This document shows positions 44,620 through 61,462 of a DNA stretch of 64,000 bases, piece after piece; the first letter of the stretch is position 1, and each line of letters starts with the position of its first letter. The DNA lies in assembly GCF_009914755.1 (NCBI RefSeq), contig NC_060948.1; one strand, written 5' to 3'. The notes beneath the pieces were generated by a model, which saw only the letters and a list, made by a program, of their open reading frames with translations, was not told the origin of the DNA and searched no databases. The position numbers and the translations under genes are program-made. Source of the stretch: the human T2T-CHM13v2.0 reference genome, Homo sapiens.

Positions 44620-46861
44620 TGAGGACTAAGCTCTGATTTTTTTCTTATGTTGCCCAAATTCCTAAGGGGTCTGAGGTATCATGCCCTACAATCCATAAAT
44701 TCTCATCAGATGGGTTTTATTCAACATTATATATCATAACTTACATTCCAGTCTGAATCTGGCATTACATTACAAGACAAGAAAATTGAAATAAAAGTGT
44801 TTCTTTGCCATACTTTGAAATGGCCCTGCAAATCTATCTTTTGCAGAGGAAAATTTACATCTGTAAAGAACATCTATTATTGTGTCTGAAATTGGTGGTT
44901 TCTTGGTCTTATAGACTTCAAGAATGCAGTCGCGGACCCTCACAGGGAGTGTTACAGTTCTTAAAGATGGTGTGTCTGCAGTTTGTTCCTTCTGATGTTC
45001 AGACATGTTCAGAGTTTCTTCCTTCTGGTGGGATTTTGGTCTCTCTGGTTTCAGGAGTGAAGCCGCAGACCTTCGCAGTGAGTCTTACAGCTCTTAAGGC
45101 AGCGCATCTGGAGTTGTTTGTTCCTCCTGTCTAGAGTTGTTCATTCCTCCAGGTGGGTTCGTGGTCTTGCTGGCCTCAGGAGTGAAGCTTCAGACCTTTG
45201 CCATGAGTGTTACCGTTCATAAAGGCACTGTGGACCCAAAGAGTGAGCAGCAGCAAGATTTATTGTGAAGAGCAAAAAAACAAAGTTTCCACAGTGTGGA
45301 AGGGGACCCAAGAGTGTTGCCACTACTGGCTCAGGCAGCCTGCTTTTATTCCCTTATCTGATCCCACCCACATCCTGCTGATTGGCCCATTTTACAGAGA
45401 GCAGATTGGACCACTTTACAGAGAGCTGATTGGTCCATTTTGACAGGGTGCCAATTGGTGCATTTACAATCCCTGAGCTAGACACAGCACGCTGATTGGT
45501 GTATTTACAATCCTCTAGCTAGACGTAAAATTTCTCCAAGTCCCCACTAGGTTAACTAGACATAGAGCACTGATTGGTGTGTTTGCAAACCTTGAGCTAG
45601 ACACAGGGTGCTGATTGGTGCATGTACAATCCTTTAGCTAGACATAAAAGTTCTTCAAGACCCACCAGATTAGCTAGATACAGAGTGCTGATTGGTGAAT
45701 CCATGAACCCTGAGCTAGACACAGTGTGCTGATTGGTGCATATACAATCTTCTGGCTAGACATAAAATTTCTCTAAGTCCCCACCTGACTCAGCAGCCCA
45801 GCTGGCTTGGCCTAGTAGATCCTGCAAAAGGGCCACAGGCAGAGCTGCCTGACAGTCCCATGGCATGCGCCTGCACTCCTCAGCCCTTGGGCAGTTGATG
45901 GGACTGGGCACCATGGAGCAGGGGGTGGCACCCATCAGGGAGGCTCAGGCTGTGCAGGAGCCCACTGCAGGGGTCAAGCATGATGAGGGCAGACCAGCAG
46001 TGCTGGGGGACCCAGCGCCCCCTCCACAACTGCTGCCCCAGGTGCTAAGCCCCTCACTGCCCATGGCCAGCCTCGCTGGCTGGCCAGCCACTCCAAGTGT
46101 GGGGACCACCAAGGCCACACCCACCCGGAACTCGCATTGGCCCACAAGTGCTCCACACAGCCCCAGATCCCACCCATGCCTCTCCCTCCATACCTCCCTG
46201 CAAGCAGAGGAAGCTGGCTCCACCTCAGCCTGCCCAGAGAGGGGCTCCCACAGTGCAGTGGCAGGCTGAAGGGCTCCTCAAGTGTGGCCAGAGTGGCCAC
46301 CAAGGCTGAGGAGGCACTGAGAGTGAGCGATGGCCACCAGCATGTTGTCACCTTTCATTATCATAGCTAGATCTTTTTCTTCCAGGCTTTCCCAGTCCTG
46401 AAGAGATTAACAGAGAGTCTAGTACGTTTTAAAGGTCTGAAAGGAAACACTTATCTATTGTCTCTAAGGGCAGCCACTATGAGACTTTAAAAGAACCTGT
46501 GTCTCCACATTTTTTTATCTCAACCTGAACATTTCCTTTCTATCAGTACCAGGTCTTTAGACAAACTTAACCAATTGCCAACCAGAAAATGTTTAAATTT
46601 ACCTGTAGCCTGGAAGCCCCCAACACACCCCCTGCTCCAAGTTGTCCCACCTTTCTGGAGCAAACCAATGTGTTTCTTAAATGTATTTGATTGATGTCTC
46701 ATGCCTCTCTAAAATGTATAAAACCAAGGTATACCCTGACCGCTTTGGGCATGTGTTCTTCGGATCTCCTGGGGGCAATGTCACAGGCCATATTCACTCA
46801 CAATTGGCTCAGAATAAATCTCTTCAAATATTTTTACAGAGTTTAACTCTTTTTGTTGACA
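44620..46861 (+). mobile_element. MER4 (MER4E-like) solo LTR split by LTR12 (44620-44880 and 46358-46861)
   Basis: TGAGGACTAAGCTCTG start, GAATAAATCTCTTC..TTGTTGACA end; TSD CTGT/CTAT. Confidence 0.85.
44881..46357 (-). mobile_element. LTR12C/D-like (ERV9) solo LTR
   Basis: 1477 bp, TG..CA ends, 4-bp TSD TTAT, tandem GCTGATTGGTG repeats at about 45375-45740. Confidence 0.92.
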
Positions 46862-47264
46862 CTATGTTGCCCAGGCTATTGCATGTAAGATATGCAGCTT
46901 CCTCAATAACTCCTGCAAAGAACATCGCTATTGTCAAACCTCACACTGTTTTGGAGATGTCTTTTTTTTTAATGTGTCTGACACCCATGGCCTCCATGGT
47001 GTCACAGGTCCCACCAATCTGGGCCCTGTGGTCTCACCCAGAAGAAATACAGCCTACAGGAAGGCTGAACCTCACACACGTCAGTCCCACAAAATCTGTT
47101 TTCTGTCTCTATACATTTGCCTTTGCAGTTCATTTCATGTAAATGAAGCCTACAATGTATGGTCTTTTGTGACTGGCTTCTTCCACATAGCATTCTGTTT
47201 TTGGGATCACACATGCTATAAGATGTCTGTACTGTTTTTCTTTTTTTTTTCTTTTTCTTTCTTT

Positions 47265-47575
47265 TTTAAAAGACTTTTTTAAAGCAGTTTTAAGTTCACA
47301 GCAAGAGTGAGCAGAAAGGTACAAAGATTTCTCATATACTCTCTGCCCCCTTCCCAAACAATCAGCCCCACTATGAACACCCCTGACTAGGGGTAGTACC
47401 TTTGTTACAACTGATGAACCCACACTGGGATATAACATCACCCCAAAGCCCAGAGTTCATATTAAGGTTTATTGTGTTGCACATTCTATGGGTTTTGACA
47501 AATACATAATCACATGTATCCACCATTATAGCCTCATACAGAACAGTTTCCCTGCTGTAAATATTCTCTGGTGCA
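47265..47575 (-). mobile_element. L1MC/L1MD-like 3' end
   Basis: AGCAGTTTTAAGTTCACAGCAA..TTTGTTACAACTGATGAACC..TTTTGACAAATACATAAT. Confidence 0.75.
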
Positions 47576-47577
47576 CC

Positions 47578-48108
47578 TGTCAGATGTGATTGAACCAGAG
47601 AAACTCCATCTTGAATAGGGGCTGGGTAAAATAAGGCTAATACCTGCTGGGCTGCATTCCTAGGAAGTTAAGACATTCTAAGTCACAGGATGAGATTGGA
47701 AATTGATATGAGATACAGGTCATAAAGACCTGGCTGATAAAACAGGTTGTAGTAGAGAAGCTGCCAAAGCCCACCAAAACAAGGATGCTGATGAGAGTGA
47801 CCTCTGGGCATCCTCACTGCTATACTTCCACCAGCGCCATGAAGGTCAGGAAGTTACCCTATGTGGTCTAAAAGGGGGAGGCATGAAAATCCACCCCTTG
47901 TTTACCATATCATCAAGAAATAACCATAAAAAATGGGTCACCAGCAGCCCTCAGGGCTGCTCTATCTATGGAGTAGCCATTCTTTATTCATTTACTTTCT
48001 TAATAAACTTGCTTTCACTTTTCTTTGTGGACTCACCCAGAATTCTTTCTTCTATGAGTTCCAAGAACCCTCTCTTGGGGCCTGGGTTGGACCTCTTTTC
48101 CAGTAACA
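47578..48108 (+). mobile_element. MER41 solo LTR (MER41A-like)
   Basis: TGTCAGA..GAACCAGAGAAACTCCATCTTGAATAGG..AATAAACTTGCTTTCACT..CAGTAACA. Confidence 0.88.
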
Positions 48109-49112
48109 TTAACACTTCCAGCAGGCTCCTAGCATGCCCTACGTTAGGACTTAATTCTCAGTAATACTGCGTTGGCAAGTCAAGAGCCACTTTGGGCCTT
48201 CCTGCCATTTTTTTTAAGCACCAGGATTGCTCCTTCTGGCTGGGGACAGAAGAAAATATCTTGCAGCTGAAGTACTGCAACAGAGACTGTTGCTTGGATA
48301 CCTTCAGAGCCTTTGGGTTTTTTCCTAATTCTTTCTTAAGTGTATCTGCCAAACAGAGCCCAGCTGAGCCTGTGTTCTTATCAAAGTCTCCCCAGCCACT
48401 TGATAGAAGCCTCCAGCACTTTTTAAAATCTCCCTCCCTTCTCTCCACCTCTGTTGGTGAGCTCATCATCAAAGCCTTTCCCTGTTTATCAATATATTTT
48501 GGTTCTTTTTCAGTGTGCAAAGCTACCATCATCTGGCCGCCCAATGGGGTTATCCAGCTAAGTTCTCTAAGCAATGGAACTGTTTTCCAAGGGTCAGTTA
48601 TACATGTGGAATTTTAAAACACTGGACAGTAAAGCCACATTGTAAACACACTAAACATTAGTGAATTCCAATGCAAGAATATCTGCTCTTTCGGGCTGAT
48701 GATTTTGCAATGGCTTGAGTTTAAAGTAAAACATTAGTTAACAGATCTGATATGCTGTAGGAAAGAAACGATTGGTTTTTGTGGGGTGATGGGGGTGGGG
48801 AGTGGTTACTTGACTTTTCAGGGGAAACGTATAGGAGAAACTCCTCCACTTCTCCTAAGAAACCTCTCCAACTCCCACGCTCATCTTTTCCTCATCCCAA
48901 GGGAGAAGAAATGACTTTTTCTTTTAGGAAAGTTGGATCCCAAACTGAGCATGTCCTCATTCTGATCTGCTGTCAGGGAATGGCCGTGGCCTGTCTTCCC
49001 TTCTGTCTTAATCCTGAGGGCAGCAGATTCTGCCTCTATACTGAGATTTCTTCTTCTACACAAAGCAACCAAGACGAGTTCAAACTCCCTAGCACAATTT
49101 CCACTGACCTGG

Positions 49113-49472
49113 TGTATTAGTCCGTTTTCATTCTGCTGCTAAAGACATAGCTGAGCCTGGGTAATTTACAAAGAAAAAGAGGCTTAAAGGAATAATGGTT
49201 CCATGTGGCCAGTGAGGCCTCACAATCACGGTGGAAGGCAAAAGGCATATCTTATGTGGCAGCAGGCAAGAGACAATGAGAGTCAATGGAAGAGGAAACC
49301 CCTTATAAAACCAGCAGATCTTGTGAGACTTATTCACTATCATGAGAACGGTATGGAGGAAGTCACTCCCATGATTCAATTATCTCCCACCAGGTTCCTC
49401 CCACAACACATAGAATTATGGGAGCTACAATTCAAGATGAGATTTGGGTGGGGACACAGCCAAACCATATCA
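49113..49472 (-). mobile_element. THE1B/C solo LTR
   Basis: TGTATTAGTCCG..AAACCATATCA; TSD CCTGG. Confidence 0.92.
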
Positions 49473-49727
49473 CCTGGGTTGGGTTGCAAGCTGAAAGATC
49501 ATATCCCTTGATCTATCTCCTATTTTCTTCTTCTATTTCATCCAATAAACTTTTCCAGAAGTTCATAGTAGGCAAAATAATCCTGCAGTTTTGTCCCAGA
49601 AAGATGCTCAACTATAAGAGCAGAGAGGACAGAAAATATTTGGCCGCAATGTCACATAAGTAAGCAGGGAAGTCTGAGATCAAAGGTTTGGCAGGTTGTG
49701 CAGAGTCTAGATTTTATGAGAAAGAAA

Positions 49728-49892
49728 GTATGTTTGTGTATATATATAAATATGCACACACATATTTTACATATATATATATATGCATAAATTGTATGCA
49801 TATATACATATTTTATGTATCTATACATACACATACATAAATGTATGTATGTGTACATATGTATAGACACACATATTATATATATGTATATG
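49728..49892. repeat. (TA)n/(CA)n low complexity
   Basis: Direct reading. Confidence 0.9.
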
Positions 49893-49918
49893 GAGAAAAG
49901 ATAGGCAAAGTTGGTTCC

Positions 49919-50298
49919 TATATTAGTCTGTTCTCACACTGCTGTGAAGAAATACCCAAGACTGGGTAATTTATGGAGGAAAGAGGTTTAATTGTCTCAG
50001 TCAATTCTGCATGGCTGGGGAGGCCTCAGGAAACTTAACATCATGGCAGAAGGTGAAAGAGAAGTAGGCACCTTCTTCATAGGGCGGCAGGATGGAGTTA
50101 GTGCAAACAGAGGAAATGCCAAACTCTTATAGTACTATCAGACCTTGTGAGAACTCACTCACTATCACAAGAACAGCATATGGGGGAAATTATCCCCATG
50201 ATACAATTGCCTCCACCTGGTTCTGCCCTTGACATGTCGGGATTATGGGGATTACAATTTGAGGTATTTGGGCAGGGACACAGAGCCAAAACTTGTCA
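49919..50298 (-). mobile_element. THE1D-like solo LTR
   Basis: TATATTAGTCTG..GCCAAAACTTGTCA; TSD GTTCC. Confidence 0.9.
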
Positions 50299-50788
50299 GT
50301 TCCTCCAACAGTCTCTGAAGGAGAGACTGTCCCATTGTTCCTCCCTCTCTTCTGGTGGTTTGCTGGTGATCTTGAGCACTGTTTGGTTTTAGAAACATCA
50401 GTCCTATCTCAGCCTTCATCTCCCCATGACATTTTCCCTGGGTGTGTGTCTGTGTCCTAATTGTCCCCCTCATTTTTTTTCTTAAGTATAGAGATGGGGT
50501 CCCACCATCTTGGCCAGGCTGGTCTCAAACTCCTGACCTCAAGTGATCCACCCACCTGGGCCTCCCAAAGTGCTGGGATTACAGGCATGGGCCACTGCAC
50601 CCAGCCCAAATTCCATCTTTTTATTAGGACACCAGTACTTGGATTTAGAACCCACCCAAATGACTTCATTTTAACCTGATGACATCTACAGAGACCTCAC
50701 TTCCAAAGGTCACATTTACAGGTATTGGGGGTTAGCAATTTATCACATGAATTTGGGGGACAGGAGGTCACTATTCAAACCATAATCA
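50299..50788 (-). mobile_element. MLT1C-like LTR remainder (upstream piece at about 49620-49700) with Alu left arm at 50473-50607
   Basis: CTTCTGGTGGTTTGCTGG, AGGACACCAGT, GGTCACATT..GGGGGTTAG. Confidence 0.7.
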
Positions 50789-51118
50789 TGTGTTGTCCTT
50801 AAAGAAGAACATTGGTAATTATGCCAAGTGATAGAATTGCATATATCATAATATTTCATTTCTGGTAGAAAACTTATTTACATCTGAATTATCTACAGTG
50901 AACACATGTAGTCTAGTACTTCCATCTGTGGCTGGGGAAGGAATTCCAATCCAGATGCGAGGTTTCACAGCATGGCTTTCAGCAGCCAGGGGCATGGAGT
51001 AACTGGCAGATTCAGCTGTTACTCTCAGGATGGACATGAGACTCTATTCGTTCAATCCTCCCTGTACAAAGAGCATCCTTAAGAGAAAGACCAGAGCTCA
51101 AAGAGTGAAGATTTATAA

Positions 51119-51455
<337 letters not shown>

Positions 51456-51562
51456 CTCTGGGAATTAAAAATTTATGTGTATGTGTGTTATTTACCAATA
51501 TTAAAGTGAAGTTTTTATTCCAAATGAAATAATAGTTTTAAAAGACCCCCCATTAACCTGAA

Positions 51563-51885
51563 TTTTTTGTTTGTTTGTTTGTTTTGATTTTAGAGTCAGG
51601 GTCTCACTCCATCCCCCAAGCAGGAGTGCAGTGGTGTGATCATGGCTCAATGCAGCCTCGATCTCCCATGCTTGGCAGCGATCCTCCTGCCTCAGCCTCC
51701 TGAATAGCTGAGACTATAGGTGAGTGTCACCATGACTAGTTAATTTTTTAATATTTAGTTTTTTTGTAGAGATGAGGTCTCAGTATGTTGCCCAGGCTAC
51801 TCACAAACTTCTGGCCTCCAGCAATCCCCTGACTCTGGCCTCCCAGAATACTAGGACCACAGGCATGAGTCACTGCACCCAGCCT
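51563..51885 (-). mobile_element. Alu (AluJ-like)
   Basis: Dimeric Alu, (TTTG)n tail. Confidence 0.9.
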
Positions 51886-52197
51886 GACTTTCTTATAAAC
51901 ACTATTTTGATATCTTTCATTACCTTTTCTTTTATAGGCACTCTCCATTCTTTCATACATCTCTGTAGTGAAATAAGTATCGGCATAGACATCTTAACAT
52001 CTGCTCTGCTAAGAATCCTCCTCAAAACTAACATAAGTAATAAATAGATAATTGTGTTTATGGGTATTTCCTTAAATGTCAACTTTGTTCCAGGGTGTAT
52101 GTCCAAATGTAAAGTCAGCTTAGGAATATGGAATGATGTTGTGCTTTGTCTCATAAGAGAAATCTCCAGAATGCTTCTGACTTCCAAAGATTATGTT

Positions 52198-52498
52198 GGC
52201 CAGCTGGGCATGATGGTTCATGCCTGTAATCTCATCACTTTGAGAGGCCAAGGCAGGTGGATCACTTGACAGCAGGAGTTTGAGACGATCCTGGCCAACA
52301 TAGCAAAACCCTGTCTCTACTAAAAATACAAAAATTAGCCAGGCATTGTGGCACACGAGTGTCATCCTATCTACTCAGGAGACTGAGGCAGGGCAATTGC
52401 TTAAACCCTGGAGTTTGAGGCTGCAATGAACTATGATTGCACCACTGCACTCTATCCTGGGCCACAGAGCAAGACCCTGCCTTAAAAAACAAAACAAA
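52198..52498 (+). mobile_element. Alu
   Basis: Dimeric Alu. Confidence 0.9.
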
Positions 52499-52797
52499 CT
52501 AATAACAAAGACTATGCTGCCAGTACTGATGGGTGAAAGAGATTCATGCCCATCTCTCATGCCCATCCTCCAAGAGGTTTCCTTGGTATACCAAACTTCT
52601 CCTACCATCCCACCTGGGGCCCTTTACTATTTCCTGAGACCCCCATTCCTACCCTGTAGTTGTTCACTGCTTCCTACAGAGCTGAGACAAATTCCTCTTC
52701 TTCAGGCTTAGTCCTGGACTGTGTCTGTTCTTTGATGTTATCTTAAAAATTTGAAGTTCACAAAATATTTTTTTGCTTTGAAGAAAACATATATCCT

Positions 52798-53197
<400 letters not shown>

Positions 53198-53505
53198 TCA
53201 TGAAACTGGACTGCATACATTAGTGGGGGATGTCGAATTGTTAGAAGGGTAGGAGCGTTTGCATAGTGAGACTCCAAGAGCAGTTCAGATGTGTTCCTGT
53301 TTTGTTTTGTTTTTTACTACCTACACCTCATGGCTAGCCTAGATAATGCGTTGTCAGTATTAGAGGGAGGAATGCCTGAAAATACTAGAAATTGATACTA
53401 GAATGGCTAGAACCACTAATGAGAATGGGTTACACTGAGTTGGGTGATGCCCAAAAATGCAACAAAGGAACATGTATGATTTGACCTCAGTAAGGAAAAG
53501 AAACA

Positions 53506-53792
53506 TTTCTTTTTTTTTTTTTTTTTTTTTGCTTTTTGAGAAAAGGTGTTGCTTTCTTACCCAGGCTGGAGTACAGTGCTGCAATCACTGGTCACTGCAG
53601 CCTCAATTTCCTGCTAGGACCACAGGCATGTGCACCACCAAGCTCAGTTAACTTTTTTTTTTTTTTTTCCACAGAGATGGTGTCTCCTCGTGTTGCCCAG
53701 ACTGGTGGTTTTGAATTCCTGGACTCAAGCCATTCACACTCCTTAGCCTCCCAATGTGTTAGAATTACAGACATGAGCTACAGTATGTGACC
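53506..53792 (-). mobile_element. Alu (AluJ-like) with internal deletion
   Basis: T tail; right arm shortened. Confidence 0.85.
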
Positions 53793-54104
53793 AGAAGGAA
53801 AACATTTCTAAAATAGGAAAGACTTGCTCACATGGCACAGGCACTGTGGGGCATTTGAAGTAGGCAGAGTGAGGCCAGAGGGTTGTGTTTTTGAGGAAGC
53901 CTGGTTACTGAAAGAAACAACTACCAGAGCCCCCCAAACAAGCTTCCACTATACTTTACTCAGCATTTTTGCAAAGACCCCACTCTGTCAAGAAAGCTTC
54001 AGCCTGTTAATCACCAAATCATGCTTGAGCTAGAGGCTGAAGTGGAACATTGCAAAGCCCTGTTGTAATAAAACCAGGAATAAGATCATCAACCCTCATT
54101 GTCT

Positions 54105-54265
54105 GGTTCATAGACTTTCTTCTGGGATGAGATGCCCACATCTTACCATCTCAGTCATAGATTGCTTTTCCTGGATGGAGATGCTCACGACCCAACATTC
54201 GGTCATAGATTACTTTTCCCTGAAATCATAACAGCACCACCCACCAACACAGTCAGAGATTGTAC
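54105..54265. repeat. Degenerate ~48-bp tandem repeat, about 3.3 copies
   Basis: TCATAGA/TCAGAGA anchors at about 54107, 54154, 54203, 54253. Confidence 0.7.
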
Positions 54266-54834
54266 TCTATTATTATTTATTGTAAGAACATCCCGGTCCT
54301 TTCCCCTTGATTTTAGATATATAGTTATGAATAAATAACCCAGTGGCCTTACAACATTGACATATTTCCAAGTAGAGAAATCTTCCAAAAATCTTCAAAT
54401 AGGCATTGTCATTACTTAGAATAAGACAGAGCATTTATGTAGTTATTTGCTTTTTTGAGACCATGGGCAGCCTACATGTATAACTTGAAAATGAGGAATT
54501 GCAAAAAGGAAAATGTAAACCAAAATGTAATACATTCAGTACAGAAAGAGATAGCGATCATTGCCTTAAGTAAAGCGAGTGACTCATACAACAAATGCTG
54601 ACTTGAATGGAGGTGTGAACATATCCAGATACATGCAGTGTGTCACACAAGCATCTAATGAAATGAAACAAAGCAAATAAAAGACCTAAGTCCAAGCTGC
54701 AATATATATTGTAGATGCATAACCATGGTTAGAGGAGAAAATACGCTACCCAGCTGAGAGAACCCTATAATTCCAAGAATTTGCACCTCTTTTTATAGAA
54801 ATGAACTCCTTAATCCATTTGAGTCAGGAAACAT

Positions 54835-54930
54835 TCAATTCACTTACATTTTATGACTCTGTAAACTCAAAAATTATCTCTCAATTCACTTATGTTTTAT
54901 GGCTCTGTAAACTCAAAAATTCTCTCCCTA
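54835..54930. repeat. 46-bp tandem duplication
   Basis: TCAATTCACTTA..TTTTATG.CTCTGTAAACTCAAAAATT twice. Confidence 0.9.
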
Positions 54931-55712
54931 ATTATAAATTAGCTTTGCATATATACTTCCAAATTGGAGAATATGATTGCCTTAGATTGATGCCTAGCAG
55001 TTAAAATGTTTACTGAATCAACATTATAAATGAACTTGAATAAACATATAGCTGACATTTTGGTTGTCATTCAGAATATTTTGCATGCAAACAAATGAAT
55101 TCAGCATAAGGTAGTATTATGGAATTCAACAAACTAAAAACATAATTTTGACCTTATTTAGTACAGATAAATAGAATATATACAGTTAACATAAAATATA
55201 TTCTCTGGATTAAAAACAACCTAATCTAACAGTAAAAACATAATTTTCTGGATTAAAAAAATTTAGTACGTTTTCTCTAAGATTTTGGATGAAGCTTATC
55301 CAGTGATAACTGATCCCATCTCACCACTTTTCCAGGTGTTTATAAGTCAGCTACCATAATGGCCAGTGGTCTTACCTTCAACTCCTTCATTCACTCACCA
55401 AGACAAAGGGGAGTAGAACCAAAAAGAGTCATTAGCAATGTCACCAGTTTGCATGCAGTGGCTCAACTCAAGCTGTTAAAGATGCATAGGAGAAGATCCT
55501 ATATACAAAAGTGGAACTTTGTAAACTATATCTTCTCCAAGAGCCTGAAGGAATTATTGCATTGACATTCTGTGAAGAACGACAATTTGGTTAAAAACTA
55601 ATTTTGATTTCAGCTCCATGAAAAACTGTTCCCTAAAACAAGGGGTCGATTGATTAAAATAACGAAAGAAAAGAAAATCAGAATAATAACAGAGTAATTG
55701 GCAGGCGTATAC

Positions 55713-59641
<3,929 letters not shown>

Positions 59642-60235
59642 ACGTCTTCCCTCAATGATTACTTTGCCATGGAACAATGATCTGCTGATTCAGGTAGCAA
59701 GATTGTTGTATTTCAGAGAAAAATTGTCGTATTTCAGGGGAAATACTGAGATCAGGCTACAGGGTAGTTGAGGTAAAAATAAAGTCGGAGGAGTCAAAAA
59801 CAATACCAGAAATGTGGAATCTGTTAGAAGATTTCTCATTCCTTCTGTTCGTCACTGAGACCAGCACGATCTGATGTTAGACCAGTGACAGAGCCATCAT
59901 GCTGACTTATTTCTTTCTTTTATTGCAAGGAAGTTTGGTTCTGGGAATGAGAAGCTTAAGTAACACGTGTAAAATTCCTAATCTTTCACAGGTCAGCCTT
60001 CACTGTTCATTAAGTACTTTAGGATCTTGTGCTTTGAGTCAGTGGCTGGGAAAGTTCACTTCACTTCCCAAAATGGATTTCATAATTCCATTAGCAGATC
60101 CCCTTGGCTGAACACAGTTACCACTGAAGTTCCTTTTCTCTTTCTCTCTCTCTCTCTCTCTCTCTTCAAATTCAGTCCTTTTCTCTCTGGATATTCTCAT
60201 TTCATGAAGTCTGGATTTCTTTTAAAACCTTCTAT

Positions 60236-60532
60236 GGCCAGGTGCGGTGGCTCACGCCTGTAATCCCAGCACTTTGGGAGGCTGAGGTGGGTGGATCACG
60301 ATGTCAGGAGTTCAAGACAAGCCTGGCCAACTTGCTGAAACCCTGTCTCTACTAAAAATACAAAAAAATTAGCCAGGCATGGCAACGGGTGCCTGTAATC
60401 CCAGCTACCAGGGAGGCTGAGGCAAAGAGTTGCTTGAACCCAGGAGGCGGAGGTTGCAGTGAGCCGAGATCACGCCACTACACTCCAGCCTGGGTGACAG
60501 AGTGAGACTCTGTCTCAAAAACAAAAACAAAA
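60236..60532 (+). mobile_element. Alu (AluSg/Sc-like)
   Basis: Dimeric Alu; TSD TAAAACC(T/C)TCTAT. Confidence 0.93.
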
Positions 60533-60668
60533 TAAAACCCTCTATTAAGGAGTTACATGGAATAGGTAATATTCTGTATAAAATGCACTTTATACTTATT
60601 CCTGACTTAAAGTGGCAACTCAGTCAGCTGACATTTTCCGAGAGTGAATCATTTTTTTATGCCTGAAT

Positions 60669-61092
60669 GAAAATTCACCTTCCTGTGTCCAAGTGTTCTC
60701 ATTGTTCAATTACCACCTATGAGTGAGAATATGCGGTGTTTGGGTTTTTTTCCTTGCGATAGTTTACTGAGAATGATGATTTCCAACATCACACTCTGGG
60801 GACTGTTGTGGAGTCGGGGGAGGGGGGAGGGATAGCTTTGGGAGATATACCTAATGCTAGATGACGAGTTAGTGGGTGCAGCGCACCAGCATGTCACATG
60901 TATACATACGTAACTAACCTGCACGTTGTGCACATGTACCCTAAAACTTAAAGTATAATAATAATAAGAAGAAGAAAATATGTAACAGTAAGCAATAATA
61001 CAAATTAAAATATAATACAGTAAAAAAAAGAAAAAAAGAAAAAATAAACTTATTTTGCCATTCCGGAAAAAAAAAAAAAGAAAATTCACCTT
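60669..61092 (+). mobile_element. Short L1PA2-like insertion with inversion and 3' transductions, TSDs included
   Basis: TSD GAAAATTCACCTT; GCTAGATGACGAGTTAGTGGGTGCAGCGCACC. Confidence 0.93.
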
Positions 61093-61462
61093 GAAAGACC
61101 CACAGAAATCAACATCTCATTCTCAGAGATTTATTCAAAACAAAACATAAAGTTGGATTCTAAACAAAGAATTAAAAGGAAGAAAATCTCTCTATATTTT
61201 AGAACAAAATAGGGGAAAATTACAAGTGTTTTTCTTATACAGGACTCAGAGAATTTCATTAAGAACCGTCAAGATAACTCAGGTCCAACTTTTTGTTTTG
61301 AAGCTGAAAAAGCTGAAATCTAGAGATAAGGTGATCTGTTCAGAATCCTACAAAGAAGAAAATGTACAAGACTGAATGGTTTCTCATCAGAGCTTAATCT
61401 CTTTCCAACCTGCTTCGCTGTATGCAGGAGTCTTGTGCAACTGATACATTAAAAAAATAAGA

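Noticed and set aside
45375-45790. CRISPR-like repeat/spacer array (also 21700-21955)
   Set aside because: Normal LTR12 U3 tandem CCAAT repeats; spacers are homologous; eukaryotic DNA with no cas genes
45865-46370. GC-rich stacked ORFs or CpG-island gene
   Set aside because: Lies within the LTR12 U3 region and is CpG-depleted
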